From NCBI GenBank assembly GCA_965541585.1, contig CBEUCH010000011.1, forward strand, positions 32,001 through 96,000: a DNA stretch of 64,000 bases. The letters are read 5' to 3'. The stretch's first letter is position 1. Every line of letters starts with the position of its first letter. This stretch comes from an uncultured bacterium (lineage in GTDB: Bacteria; Zixibacteria; MSB-5A5; UBA10806). Below are positions 1 through 11,000 of this stretch, piece after piece. The translations under genes and the position numbers were made by a program. The notes beneath the pieces were generated by a model. The model did no database searches, was not told the origin of the DNA, and saw only the letters and a program-made list of their open reading frames with translations.

Positions 1-1
1 G

Positions 2-2170
2 AGATTCACCGGCCTTTCCGAGAGCGAGGCAGAGGTTTATGCCGATAAGGTTGCCAGGGCCAACAACGAGCTGACCCCGGAAGTCATAGAATCTCTGCAT
101 AATCAGCTAATGCAGGTAGTACCCTCGGATTATCTCTATAAAGAAGAAATCGAATACGGTTTTGAGAAGCTCCATAATGCTTGGCAACGTTTAAGAATAG
201 ACATGGACGGCTTCAATGAGATTCGGGATGAAATCAAACAGTTGCAGGCGGAATCGTTCAATGTGCGGGAAAATCTGGATAAGATAGCGTTCGGATTTCA
301 CAGAGCCGTAACGGCCAGAGGTGAGCGGAAAGTCTGGATACCTTTCGATGTGACCCTGCCCGAAAACATCACCTGCCTGGGTTCGGACGACAATTCTATA
401 TATGTCGGGACCTCTGAAGGTCTTTTCCAACTCGATCCGGACAATATGAGATGGTCCACGTATACAGTTGAACAGAATTCTCTACCCTCGAATCATATTA
501 CCGTCATCGAAAAGGTCGGCCGTCGGCTGATGTATATCGGTACTGACAGGGGTTTGGTCAAATTCACTGGCCGCAATGTTGAGATTTTTCCGGATAATTC
601 TGCTGCTCCCAGGGGTTATGTGACTGCTATCGCCGCTATAAGCAATAAGGACGCCTGGGCGGTGTCGGAAGACAAGCTTTACCATTATGACGGCACCACA
701 TGGCTTGATGCAAAGAACGAAGAGATCTCAATCGGGGAAAGCATCCCCTTGACGATGCAGGAATTCTATGGTGATTTCGGCGAGGTCTGGTACGATAGAT
801 TGCTGGCAGAAATAGCTCAGGCGAATGCCGGCGATCTCGACAGCGTGGAGGCGGGCCAGCTCGTGAGATTTCCTTATAGTCTTGGTTACAAAGGTGAAAT
901 CACCCGGCTCGGGATTGACCCCCGCGGCAAGTTATGGATAGGAACCACCCACGGAATAGTGCTTTACGACGGCAATAGATTTCAACAATTCGGATATAGG
1001 ATTTTTGAGGTTCCCTCCGATGGAATGGCGCTGGAGGAAATTGCCGCCCAATTTATACCCGATCGTGATCCAACCATAATTGAAAAACTCACCCGGATGA
1101 TCAAAGATTTCAACGATCTGGAGACATTCTATCTTGACAGGGGAACGAAGATATTGGTTTACGCCAATTCTCTCGGCTCCAAGATCTCTGCCATTCGTCC
1201 GGTTTCAGCCGATGAAACCCTGATCGCTACTGCCCTTGGAATAGTGGAATACAATAAGGGGAAATGGGGTAGATTGCAGAACATCCAGTTGGCAGAATCG
1301 AAGGTCTCCGAGATCCAGGAGCGAAACGGCGAGCTCTGGATAGCGGCTGCCGACAGGATAGCGGTCTATGCCGGAGCCAAAAAGCAGATGACGTTTATGC
1401 ACTCAAACTACCTCGTTCAACTGGCTGATGATTTGTACTATGATTATTTTTCCTTCGTTTATCCCTCGAAAGGATGGGGGACATTCGGTCTGGGGGTAAC
1501 ATTCTTATCGTACGGTGAGCAAGTACGAACCGGCGAGTCCGGTGAGGAGCTGGGCACATTTTCATCCTACGATATAGCGTTTACTCTATCATATGGCACG
1601 AAACTGATGCACAATCTCTCCGGGGGAGTTTCCTTGAGGTATATCAATTCCCATCTGGCGGAGGTTGGTGCCGGTTCCGAACGTGGCAAGGGAACCGGAT
1701 ATTCTGTGGCAGTTGATGGCGGAGTTCTCTACGATGTATCCAGCAAGCTGACTCTGGCGGCCACCTTCACCAATATAGGTCCCGATATTGCGTATATCGA
1801 CGCTGACCAGGCTGACCCTCTTCCCCGGAAGCTGGCGGTGGGATTCAACTATAAGATCGTGGATTCGCCTTTCAACCGGTTATCTGTACTGGGAGAGGCG
1901 GATAAGCTCCTGGTAGACCTCAACCACTCTTTAGGAACGGAATTCAGGGAGATTATACCTCATATCGGTCTCGAATACTGGTACTCGAACTATGTCGCCC
2001 TGAGGACGGGATATGTCTACGATGAAGTGGGCGTTCAGAGATATTTCACGCTGGGTGCCTCGCTTCAGTACTCCAACTACAGATTCGATTTCTCCTACAT
2101 ACCGTCATCCAATCAGGACTTCAACCGGCTTGGAAACACCATGAGATTCTCTATGAACGCGGGGTTTTAA
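2..2170 (+). CDS. PorV/PorQ-family outer-membrane barrel fused to a beta-propeller with LysM-like inserts (5'-truncated by window)
   Basis: Frame is open from nt 2, upstream of the ORF-track Met at 110. Repeated Reg_prop-like blades (IYVGTSEGL, MYIGTDRGL, LWIGTTHGI). The C-terminal ~270 aa is PorV-like (GVSLRYINSHL, NIGPDIAY...DPLP, GLEYWY...LRTGY) and ends in Phe. Confidence 0.75.
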   Translation, partial: RFTGLSESEAEVYADKVARANNELTPEVIESLHNQLMQVVPSDYLYKEEIEYGFEKLHNAWQRLRIDMDGFNEIRDEIKQLQAESFNVRENLDKIAFGFHRAVTARGERKVWIPFDVTLPENITCLGSDDNSIYVGTSEGLFQLDPDNMRWSTYTVEQNSLPSNHITVIEKVGRRLMYIGTDRGLVKFTGRNVEIFPDNSAAPRGYVTAIAAISNKDAWAVSEDKLYHYDGTTWLDAKNEEISIGESIPLTMQEFYGDFGEVWYDRLLAEIAQANAGDLDSVEAGQLVRFPYSLGYKGEITRLGIDPRGKLWIGTTHGIVLYDGNRFQQFGYRIFEVPSDGMALEEIAAQFIPDRDPTIIEKLTRMIKDFNDLETFYLDRGTKILVYANSLGSKISAIRPVSADETLIATALGIVEYNKGKWGRLQNIQLAESKVSEIQERNGELWIAAADRIAVYAGAKKQMTFMHSNYLVQLADDLYYDYFSFVYPSKGWGTFGLGVTFLSYGEQVRTGESGEELGTFSSYDIAFTLSYGTKLMHNLSGGVSLRYINSHLAEVGAGSERGKGTGYSVAVDGGVLYDVSSKLTLAATFTNIGPDIAYIDADQADPLPRKLAVGFNYKIVDSPFNRLSVLGEADKLLVDLNHSLGTEFREIIPHIGLEYWYSNYVALRTGYVYDEVGVQRYFTLGASLQYSNYRFDFSYIPSSNQDFNRLGNTMRFSMNAGF

Positions 2171-2181
2171 GGACTTAATTA

Positions 2182-5100
2182 GTGTTGTTTTACCGCCGTT
2201 TTATTTATGCGGTCATTTCGATTCTTCTTTTGACCGGGTCGTCGTGGTCGGAAACCATCCTTCGCCCAATCGAACGGGTTCCCTTAGCTGATATCCATAG
2301 AGAGAATATCTCCGGCAGGCATAGGTTTATATCAGATGTATCGAGGAAAAACCTTTTAGAGCTCGATCGCCCAGCGCCCTTTGCATTGCCCACCGCCAAA
2401 AGAGGGATTTCTCTGGAAGCTGCATTAATGATTGATACTCTTAACGTTTTGGCGCTGAAAGTGGAATTTCAAAGGGAGATGCCGGATGATCCCAACACCA
2501 CCGGTGACGGTACGTTCGATCTGCGCAGCTACGAACAATTTCTCACGGAGGAACAGCATTATATCGATCCCGGGCCTCATACCACGTCGTATTTCAATTC
2601 TCACCTGGAGGCCCTGAGGCGATACTGGTATTTCATATCCGATAAGAAGCTTGATTTAACCTGGGATGTATATCCCCGCGAGGAAAGTCTGGCCTATCGT
2701 CTACCGCAGCCGATGTCTTATTACGGCTCTGCGGCTACATTAGATGAAGTCGCTGAGAAGCTCGGATACTTCTTTATCGATGCCGTATCAATGGCAGATT
2801 CCGTTGCTCCCCAGATAGATTTCTCCGCGTATCAGTCGATCGTTCTATTCCATGCCGGTTCAGACCAGCAGAATAATATTCCGTTTATTAATAACACACC
2901 GCATGATCTCTTTACAGGATTTCTTATTTTGTCGGAGCCGGTCTACGTTGACAGCGGGACGGTGGGGATACAGGAGGGCTTGATAATACCGGAGGCGGCG
3001 TCCCAGGATAATCGCGTCACCGCCATAAATGCTGTTCTATCGCATGAATTCGGCCACCAGCTCGGACTGATCGATCTGTATAACACCCAGACTTTCTTTA
3101 CCCAGGTCGGCGACTTTGCCCTGATGGACAATAACGGGATGTCGGTGGGTGTTCAATTTCCCGACATAAGATCCACTGTCGGCGGTACGCTGCCGGTTTA
3201 TGCGTCAGCCTGGTCGAGAGCGTTTCTGGGATTCGATATCCCGCGAGAGATTACAGGCGGAATCGACATACCCTTGACTGCAGCCGCCCTTTCCGGCGAC
3301 TCCACTGAAATAATCAAAGTGCCCATGACCGATTTCGAATATATCCTGCTGGAAAATCGTCAACCGGACACCGATACGCTGGAACCGGATTATCCTTTCG
3401 ACAACGTGTTGATTGGCGATTCCTTAACCGGTGTTATACTCGGTCCGGGATATGCATATTTTGAGGGTAACGATACGGTTTTGGTCTCCGATGCCGAATA
3501 TGACCGGTTACTTCCCGGAGACGGGGTCCTGATGTGGCACGTCGATGAATATGTTGCCTACCAGAGTAATTTTCCAGGTTTCAATAATTACCAGACTAAC
3601 TCCCTGCAATGGGATAAGGATCGCAGATTCTTAACCCTTATCGAAGCTAATGGAGTTGTAGATTTCGGCGGGAATTATTACAGGGGATATGGAACTGACT
3701 CGGATTTTTATAAAGTCGGGAATAGCACAATGTTGACTCCCTTCACCAATCCCTCCTCCATGTCCAACCTCGGCGCCGACACGCATATTCATATCACGGA
3801 TATATCTGAATCGGATACGGTTATGACATTGGATATTGAGGTAGAATGGCTAATGCCGGGCTGGCCGCAGATGAGCTTTCCCCAACAGAATTCAGATCCG
3901 ATTCTGGTCGATATCGATGGAGACGATGCTCTCGAGATCCTGATTGCAGCCGATTCGGCTCTTTTGATTTACAGATATGATGGCGAGAAATTTATCACAA
4001 ATTCCGATTCCCTTCGATTTTATGGTTTTGATGGTAGCATACAAGCTTATCCGTGGGGCATCGCAGCCATTTGCGATACGACCATCTCGGATAGGCCGGT
4101 GCCGGTGGATTTCGATGGTGATGGTACGTATGAAATTGTTTTGCCGACCGTCTCCGGACGGTTGTACGCATTTTCACCTTCCGATGATAACGTGGACGGC
4201 AGAGCCGATGCGTTTCCCGGTTTTCCGATACAGATCTCAATTGGGGCCGTTACATCCGTGATAGCGGCTGATTTTGATTCCGCAGCCGGCACGGAATTGA
4301 TTGCGTTTGATGACAATGGAATAGTACACGCGGTAACCGGGTCTGCAACCGATAGCGTTATTTTTGATTTCGGCGCCCCGATACTTTCATCTGCTGCCTT
4401 TACCGTGGAAGGATATAACCTAATTGATGTCGCTTATATCCTTAATAACCAGGCCACGATTTCCCGGCTCATTTCTGATGCGGGAGGATTCGATTTCATG
4501 CTCGATTTTTCCATTCCGGCGGGCACTGAGGACACATGCTATATTGTTTCCGGAGATATCGACAGGGACGGCGGCCTGCCCGAAATTATAGCAGTCTGTT
4601 CCAGCCGGATAGTCCTGATTGAGGATGATGGATCACTGGAGACTTTTACAGAGATAGGCCAATCGTTGGGGCGTCCGGCGCTCGGCGATATCGACGCCGA
4701 TGGTTATCCTGAAATCATCGTTGCGGGCGATTCGAAAATATATGCGTTTGGCCGTAACGGCGTACTCATGTCCGATTTTCCAGTCGATCTAAGCCTGTAT
4801 GATCTGACGGGAGTAATCGCGGCGCAGCCGGTTCTGGGCGATGTCGATGAGGATGGTTTGCCCGATATCATAGTTGGATTGCCGGTCGGCGCAATTCACG
4901 CCCATAACTACCGGGCTGAGTGGATTGCCGGGTTTCCTCTTCCGAGCTCATTCGGAATCGATAGATCCTGCGCCCTGGCGGATATAGATAACGATGGAGA
5001 TCTGGATCTTCTGTCGATCGAGATGTCGGGTATGATAAGCGCCTGGGATATTTCGTTTAGCTATGATTACGTCGATATCCCCTGGGGCATGGATGGCGGT

Positions 5101-5442
5101 GATCACTCAAACAGCAATTATCTGTCGCCATTGCATGAGAAGCAGATAGTAGCCGGCGATGATCAATTGCCGAAAGGCTCGGTTTATAATTATCCCAATC
5201 CGGCGTCGAATTCTACAACCATAAGGTATTATCTGAATAGTGAATCTCTTGTCAATATAGATATGTACGATTTCATGGGCGAAAAAATAGAATCCGCTCA
5301 GATGATCGGCGAGGCGCACATGGACAATGAGTATGTCTGGGATTGTTCGGGAGTTGCCTCCGGCGTATACTTTTGCCGGGTGGAGGCCGATGATGGAGGC
5401 AGCAAAAAATGGCAGATTATAAAGATTGCCCTTGTAAAGTGA
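2182..5442 (+). CDS. Secreted M6 (immune inhibitor A)-like zinc metalloprotease with FG-GAP/VCBS repeats and T9SS-type C-terminal sorting domain
   Basis: Signal peptide; HEFGHQLGLIDLY (HExxHxxGxxD); Met-turn-like FALMD; several DxDGDG repeats; C-terminal YNYPNP...SGVYFCRV. Confidence 0.8.
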   Translation: MLFYRRFIYAVISILLLTGSSWSETILRPIERVPLADIHRENISGRHRFISDVSRKNLLELDRPAPFALPTAKRGISLEAALMIDTLNVLALKVEFQREMPDDPNTTGDGTFDLRSYEQFLTEEQHYIDPGPHTTSYFNSHLEALRRYWYFISDKKLDLTWDVYPREESLAYRLPQPMSYYGSAATLDEVAEKLGYFFIDAVSMADSVAPQIDFSAYQSIVLFHAGSDQQNNIPFINNTPHDLFTGFLILSEPVYVDSGTVGIQEGLIIPEAASQDNRVTAINAVLSHEFGHQLGLIDLYNTQTFFTQVGDFALMDNNGMSVGVQFPDIRSTVGGTLPVYASAWSRAFLGFDIPREITGGIDIPLTAAALSGDSTEIIKVPMTDFEYILLENRQPDTDTLEPDYPFDNVLIGDSLTGVILGPGYAYFEGNDTVLVSDAEYDRLLPGDGVLMWHVDEYVAYQSNFPGFNNYQTNSLQWDKDRRFLTLIEANGVVDFGGNYYRGYGTDSDFYKVGNSTMLTPFTNPSSMSNLGADTHIHITDISESDTVMTLDIEVEWLMPGWPQMSFPQQNSDPILVDIDGDDALEILIAADSALLIYRYDGEKFITNSDSLRFYGFDGSIQAYPWGIAAICDTTISDRPVPVDFDGDGTYEIVLPTVSGRLYAFSPSDDNVDGRADAFPGFPIQISIGAVTSVIAADFDSAAGTELIAFDDNGIVHAVTGSATDSVIFDFGAPILSSAAFTVEGYNLIDVAYILNNQATISRLISDAGGFDFMLDFSIPAGTEDTCYIVSGDIDRDGGLPEIIAVCSSRIVLIEDDGSLETFTEIGQSLGRPALGDIDADGYPEIIVAGDSKIYAFGRNGVLMSDFPVDLSLYDLTGVIAAQPVLGDVDEDGLPDIIVGLPVGAIHAHNYRAEWIAGFPLPSSFGIDRSCALADIDNDGDLDLLSIEMSGMISAWDISFSYDYVDIPWGMDGGDHSNSNYLSPLHEKQIVAGDDQLPKGSVYNYPNPASNSTTIRYYLNSESLVNIDMYDFMGEKIESAQMIGEAHMDNEYVWDCSGVASGVYFCRVEADDGGSKKWQIIKIALVK

Positions 5443-5476
5443 GATCTTTCCGGGTTAAATTTCAGGAGGTGTTCGG

Positions 5477-6319
5477 ATGAGGATATTGTCAGCATTTATG
5501 GTCATAATAATCCTGACGGCTGCAACCGCCTGGTCGGGGGGAGCGGGTATCGCCAGGGTTTATTCGGTGGAAGAGTATTTTCTAGCCAATGACCTGGCGA
5601 TGGAGAAATATTTCAATGGCGAAGTGATCTTAAGTGAACAGGACGATCTCGGCCCCGGGAGTATATACGAATATTCCACCAAATCCCCGGCCAAGGCTTT
5701 TCTGCTGTCACTGGCGATTCCCGGCGCAGGTGAGTATTATAACGGCCAGAAAATCAAGGCGGGAACATTTTTGGCCGTCGATGCTCTTCTCTGGACGGGT
5801 TACTTCATATATCATAAGAAAGGCTCCGACAAAGAAAACGAATACCAGACGTTCGCCGACGATAATTATACGTGGCAAACCTTCATCATAGCCTGGGATC
5901 AGCTTCCGGAGGAGGATAAGGATAGATTCTCGCATCGTATGCCGTGGGACGATGGAAGTAACCGGCCTAATTTCAATCATGAATACTATGAAAATATCGG
6001 GAAATATGATCAATTTCAAGTAGGCTGGAATGATATAGATTTTTCCCCTTGGGACATAAGAGACACTACGGAGGCAGGTAAGATTGTCTCGAATCTCAGA
6101 TCGCAGTATCTCGATATGCGGAAGCAGGCCAACGATTATTTTTCAAATGCCACCACGGCGGTAATGATCTCTATAGCAAACCATGTAGTATCGGCGTTCG
6201 ATGCTGCCATTGGTGCGAAAAGATTTAATAAGGGCCGCAAGCAATATTCTCTGAATCTTAAGACGAAGAATATCGACGGCAAAACGACGCCATTTTTAAC
6301 GTTTACTGCGAAGTTTTAG
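5477..6319 (+). CDS. Exported/membrane protein, DUF5683-like (paralog of next gene)
   Basis: Signal peptide; KSPAKAFLLSLAIPGAGEYYNG motif; C-terminal NHVVSAFDA helix; terminal Phe. Confidence 0.6.
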   Translation: MRILSAFMVIIILTAATAWSGGAGIARVYSVEEYFLANDLAMEKYFNGEVILSEQDDLGPGSIYEYSTKSPAKAFLLSLAIPGAGEYYNGQKIKAGTFLAVDALLWTGYFIYHKKGSDKENEYQTFADDNYTWQTFIIAWDQLPEEDKDRFSHRMPWDDGSNRPNFNHEYYENIGKYDQFQVGWNDIDFSPWDIRDTTEAGKIVSNLRSQYLDMRKQANDYFSNATTAVMISIANHVVSAFDAAIGAKRFNKGRKQYSLNLKTKNIDGKTTPFLTFTAKF

Positions 6320-6323
6320 AGCT

Positions 6324-7091
6324 TTGAGGACGATTTCGAAATTAATATTGACGCTATTGCTTTGCGTCTCCCTCCACGGCGGATCGGCTGGTTCTGAAAC
6401 TATCCATCAACAGATGCTTCTAAATATTCAGACTCTTAACAGCACTGATGACGACGATCTGGGTCTTCCGCTGTTCGGAGAATCCAGCCAATCGCGAGTT
6501 GGGGAAAAATCGAAATGGAAGGCTCTGGGACTATCCCTACTCGTCCCGGGCGCCGGGCAGTATTATAGCGGAAATAAAGGCAGGACAAAAATCTTCGGGG
6601 CTACCGAAGTCCTGGTATGGTCGGGATTCCTCGGTATCAGGACCTACGGGGGGTGGAAGAAGGATGATTATAAATCGTGGGCTGCATTCCATGCGGGAGC
6701 CGATGTTAACGGCAAATCCGATGGTTATTTCGAGAAAATGACATATTATGATAATCTCGACGAATACAATCAGCTCGAGCTTTTATACGAGGGTTCGCGG
6801 GCAGAGCTGTTTCCCTCCGGCCCGGAATTTTACTGGAACTGGGATTCCGATGAATCGAGATCGCATTTCAGGGATCTTCGCAATCAAAGCAAGAACGCCT
6901 ACCGGCGATCGCTTTTAATATTGGGAGCGGCAGTCATAAACAGGATCCTGTCCGGAATCGATGCCTATCGGACGGCGGGTTCCTATAACCGTCAACGGGA
7001 GTTTGGCGATTCCAGATGGATATTAGTCTGTTCGGCAGCCGATCTTATGGAGCACGGCAAAATTGAGATTGGTCTTTCCAGGCAATTCTAA
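6324..7091 (+). CDS. Exported/membrane protein, DUF5683-like (paralog of previous gene)
   Basis: KSKWKALGLSLLVPGAGQYYSG motif; NRILSGIDA; terminal Phe. Confidence 0.6.
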   Translation: MRTISKLILTLLLCVSLHGGSAGSETIHQQMLLNIQTLNSTDDDDLGLPLFGESSQSRVGEKSKWKALGLSLLVPGAGQYYSGNKGRTKIFGATEVLVWSGFLGIRTYGGWKKDDYKSWAAFHAGADVNGKSDGYFEKMTYYDNLDEYNQLELLYEGSRAELFPSGPEFYWNWDSDESRSHFRDLRNQSKNAYRRSLLILGAAVINRILSGIDAYRTAGSYNRQREFGDSRWILVCSAADLMEHGKIEIGLSRQF

Positions 7092-8025
7092 ATATGTCGT
7101 CATACCGCTAATGTTATCATTAGCCGCCTGTGCCTCCCCTGCCAGGCGCGGGCGGGAGTTTCCAGAGGATATTTCTACAAGATCGATTCTAAGCCTCCGT
7201 CCCATCAAAACCATAGGTCCGAGTATCGATGAGAACAGGTCTCTTATCGAACCCGCTGGGATATCAATAAACAGGACCGACGACATCTTTATTTCGGACC
7301 GTGCCGCCAACTCTATATACAGGCTTTCAGGTGAATTCAATAGCATTTCCAGTGAGGGAGGTATCGGCGCGGAGCTCGGGGGGTTTAACAGGCCGATCGG
7401 TATGGCCAGCGATGCGGCGCTGAATCTGTATATTGCAGACAGCGGTAACAGGAGAATACAGATTCTCGATAGAAATCTGCATTTTGTAAGATCTATCGAT
7501 TCTTATTTTGACGAAAACGATCAACCTCTGGCGTTCAACCAGCCGGAGGACATAAGCATCGATGGCGAAGGCAGCTTCTGGATTGCAGACAACGACCGGG
7601 TGATCCGGCTGAGTCCATTCTATGAACTGCAGATAGAGCTGTCATACCGCGTTCCGGGAAATTTCCGGATTGGGCGGGCGTCATCTGTGGATGTTTCAAG
7701 ATCCGGGCACGTCGCTATCGGCGACCAGGGTAACCGTCAGGTGATCGTTGTCTCCATACATGGAAATCCGATCTCCGAATTCAGTGCCGGTTCGCCGTCC
7801 TCAGTGGCCTGGGACGACCATAACGTTATCTGGGTCACCGATCCGGAATCGGGAAAGCTATCTGCGTATGATCTTAACGGCGTTCTTCTTTTTGATTATT
7901 CTGAAGGCGCGAGCAGGTACAGGCCCCGATGGTTGGCCTTCGATTCGGACGGCAGGCTCCTGGTTCTGGATGCCGGGCTGCGTCGACTGACCCTGTATGA
8001 GGTCATTCGGGGAATCGGAGATTGA
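7063..8025 (+). CDS. NHL-repeat beta-propeller lipoprotein
   Basis: Lipobox LAAC; NHL repeats (FNRPIGMASD..LYIADSGNRRIQ, FNQPEDISID). Confidence 0.75.
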   Translation: MRLVFPGNSKYVVIPLMLSLAACASPARRGREFPEDISTRSILSLRPIKTIGPSIDENRSLIEPAGISINRTDDIFISDRAANSIYRLSGEFNSISSEGGIGAELGGFNRPIGMASDAALNLYIADSGNRRIQILDRNLHFVRSIDSYFDENDQPLAFNQPEDISIDGEGSFWIADNDRVIRLSPFYELQIELSYRVPGNFRIGRASSVDVSRSGHVAIGDQGNRQVIVVSIHGNPISEFSAGSPSSVAWDDHNVIWVTDPESGKLSAYDLNGVLLFDYSEGASRYRPRWLAFDSDGRLLVLDAGLRRLTLYEVIRGIGD

Positions 8026-8048
8026 GCTATTCGGCAAAATGATTTTTG

Positions 8049-11000
8049 ATGAGAAGATGGTTCTGGATAATAATTCTGTTATATGCATACTCTGTTGCCT
8101 TCGGTCAGCCGCCGCAGGTTACCGTTACAATATACGGCAAGGGAATCAGGGGCCCTTATCCGCTCGGGTACCGCAATCTTATAACGAATAGCGCAGTTGT
8201 TTATAAAGACAGCGTCAAACTATCATCCGTAAATTTTACAGTTCGGCATATCGAAGGGCTCATTCGATTCTCCGATCCGGTAGCTATTGGTGATTCGCTA
8301 TCGGTGACTTTCGGATATGTTCCGATTTCTCTCAAGCGGCAATATTACCTGCATGAATTTAACATAACCGAGAGAGAATCCAAATCGGCCGATATCCCGC
8401 GTGAGCCGCCGCTGAAATATGCGAGTTCGGACCTCACCATCAGTGGAAGCAAGGGATTTTCGATTCAGACGGGCGAAGGTGGAGGCGGCCTTTCGCAATC
8501 TCTTAATCTAAGCGTCAGGGGCGATCTCGTTCCCGGTCTTAGAACCTCGGCGCATATCTTTGATAAGACAACGGGCTCGAGCGGCGTCACGCGAAGGCTG
8601 CAGGAGCTCGATAAGATCTATATCGAGGCGGAATCGGATCATTTCAAGGGGATTTTCGGCGATTTCGAACACATTGAGCGAGGCGACGAGTTTTTGAGTT
8701 TTCGGCGAAAGTTGACCGGGCTGAATTCTGAGTATTCCCAGGAGAATTATAATGTGAGAGGATCGGCGGCTTTTTTCCCGGGAGAGTATGCGTCCATAAC
8801 GATTAACGGTATTGACGGGAGACTGGGGCCATATTATCTGCCCGATGTTGGAGGCAGGGAAGGCGTCATCATACTTCCGGGTTCGGAGAGAGTCTATCTG
8901 GACGGCATACTCCAAACAAGAGGAAGCGAAAACGATTATATAATAGATTATAAAGGTGGGGCCGTTCAATTTTCGCCTTCGAGGGTCATAAGGAACGAGA
9001 CGCGGATCACAGTAGATTACGAAATCGCACGGCAAGAATATAGCCGGAGCTTCTATGCAGTTTCCGGGGAGGGTAAGCCTTCCGGAGGATTCAGAGTATT
9101 CACGAGGCTGATTCAGGAGGGTGATAACAAAAACTCCCCGAAAAGCTTTGGGATGACATCCGAAAACAGGGACCTCCTGGAGGCCGCCGGAGACGACAGG
9201 CTGGAAGCCGCTCGCGATGGCGCCACGTTCGTTGGTCCGGGGATGGGAGATTACAATCTTCTGACCGATTCACTCGGGATACTCTACTACGAGTACGCGG
9301 GCCAGAATCTCGGCGAATACGATGTGTCATTTTCGTTTGTAGGCAAGAATATAGCATCCTACAGCGCCGTTGGCGGAGGCGTATTCGAATACGTGGGGGC
9401 GGGATCGGGAGATTACGAGCCGGTTGTGCTTTTGCCATTGCCGCAGGTAAAGAGATATGGTTCGGTCGGCGCATCATGGAACCTGGAGGACAGTGCCATA
9501 ACCATGCGGGCGGAACTGGCGGGATCGGTTTTCGACAAAAACACACTGTCTGGCAGGGATAATCCGCTGCAGGGCGCCTCGGGCTTGGTGGCCGCAGGGT
9601 ATCATCGCCGGTTGTTCGGCGATGGCGCTTATATAGGGATCGATGGACGCTTCAGGAGCATAGGGTCAGGATCGATTTTTCCCGGACGGATCGACCTCAT
9701 AGAAAGATACAGAGATTACGATCTCGAGCCTGAATCGCAACCGGAAGGGGAAAAATTACAGGAGATTAACATAGAAAGCGGTCTGGATAATTTCAGGAGA
9801 ATAAAGCTGGATCTCGGATTTTTATCGCGTCCCGATATTGAAAACCGTCAGAGGCAGGCGGGGACGATTTACTGGCGTTTTGTGAAGGGAGTCGATTGGT
9901 TCGCAAGGCTCGAGAGAACCCGGGGAGAGCGAACCTGGTGGAAACGGTCGAGTGGAATATCGGCGAACTATACAATTATTCAACCATCTTTGAGAATCGA
10001 AAACGAGAGCCGCGATGGTGATTCCGGATTCAAATACTATGAGTATATTGCGTCGGTTCCAGCTACCTATCTTGAGAATATCACGGGCCGGACGGAGATA
10101 TCCTATCGGGATGAAAAATATCTCGACGGAGACTGGCGCGATAAGTTCCGTTCTGGTTCGATTCAACAGAAGATAGCGCTGCTTTCCGGAGGTTCCGGCT
10201 TTTCAGGTGAACTGGCTGGATCGTACTACAAGAAGAAATACAAAGATTTTTCAGGCACCGATACGGATCAACGATCCGGATGGACGAGGCTGTCTTATGC
10301 CGATCCGGCAGGCAGGGGAGATTTTTACGTAAGCGAGAGACTAAGTTCGTCCAACGAGAGATTGCAGGCCAAGAACTATTTATTCGCCGGGGAAGGGAGA
10401 GGGGAGTATCGTTTCGAGGACGGGGAGTATATCAGAGATCCCGACGGGGATTACGTGCTGTTAATCGAGGAACTGGGTGAGGGCATAAAAGTCACGGAGA
10501 TCTCCACCGAAATCAACGGGACTATCCTGCCTCTGACGATTTTCGATTCCGGGCGGGAACTGGAATCATCCATAGGACGATTGGTAGTTGAAACCGAATT
10601 AACATATCGATTGAAAAAATCATCCGACGTTTTAACCGGAGCAGATTTTTTCCCGTGGAGAAGTGACAACCTGGACGAGACTGTATTGAGGAAGGGAAGA
10701 TCGGATTTGCGGCTTTATTATTATCCTCGGGCGGGCAAACAGCGGATTAAATATGCAGGGTCACGTTCGTTTCAAGACGGTAGCCCATACGCCAATGAGA
10801 CAATCAGCGAGCGTTTCAGATCCGATGAGATATCCTGGGCATTTCCTGCCGGCAAGAAGGTTAACGTGCTAACTTCGGTCTTTTTTTCCAGCAAACGGAA
10901 CACGTTAAACGGCGCCGGATATTCTATAAATCGCCACCGGGAATCGGCGAAGGCGGATTACAGGTTTCGCGACGCGTGGACTCTGCAGCTGGGATCGGGA

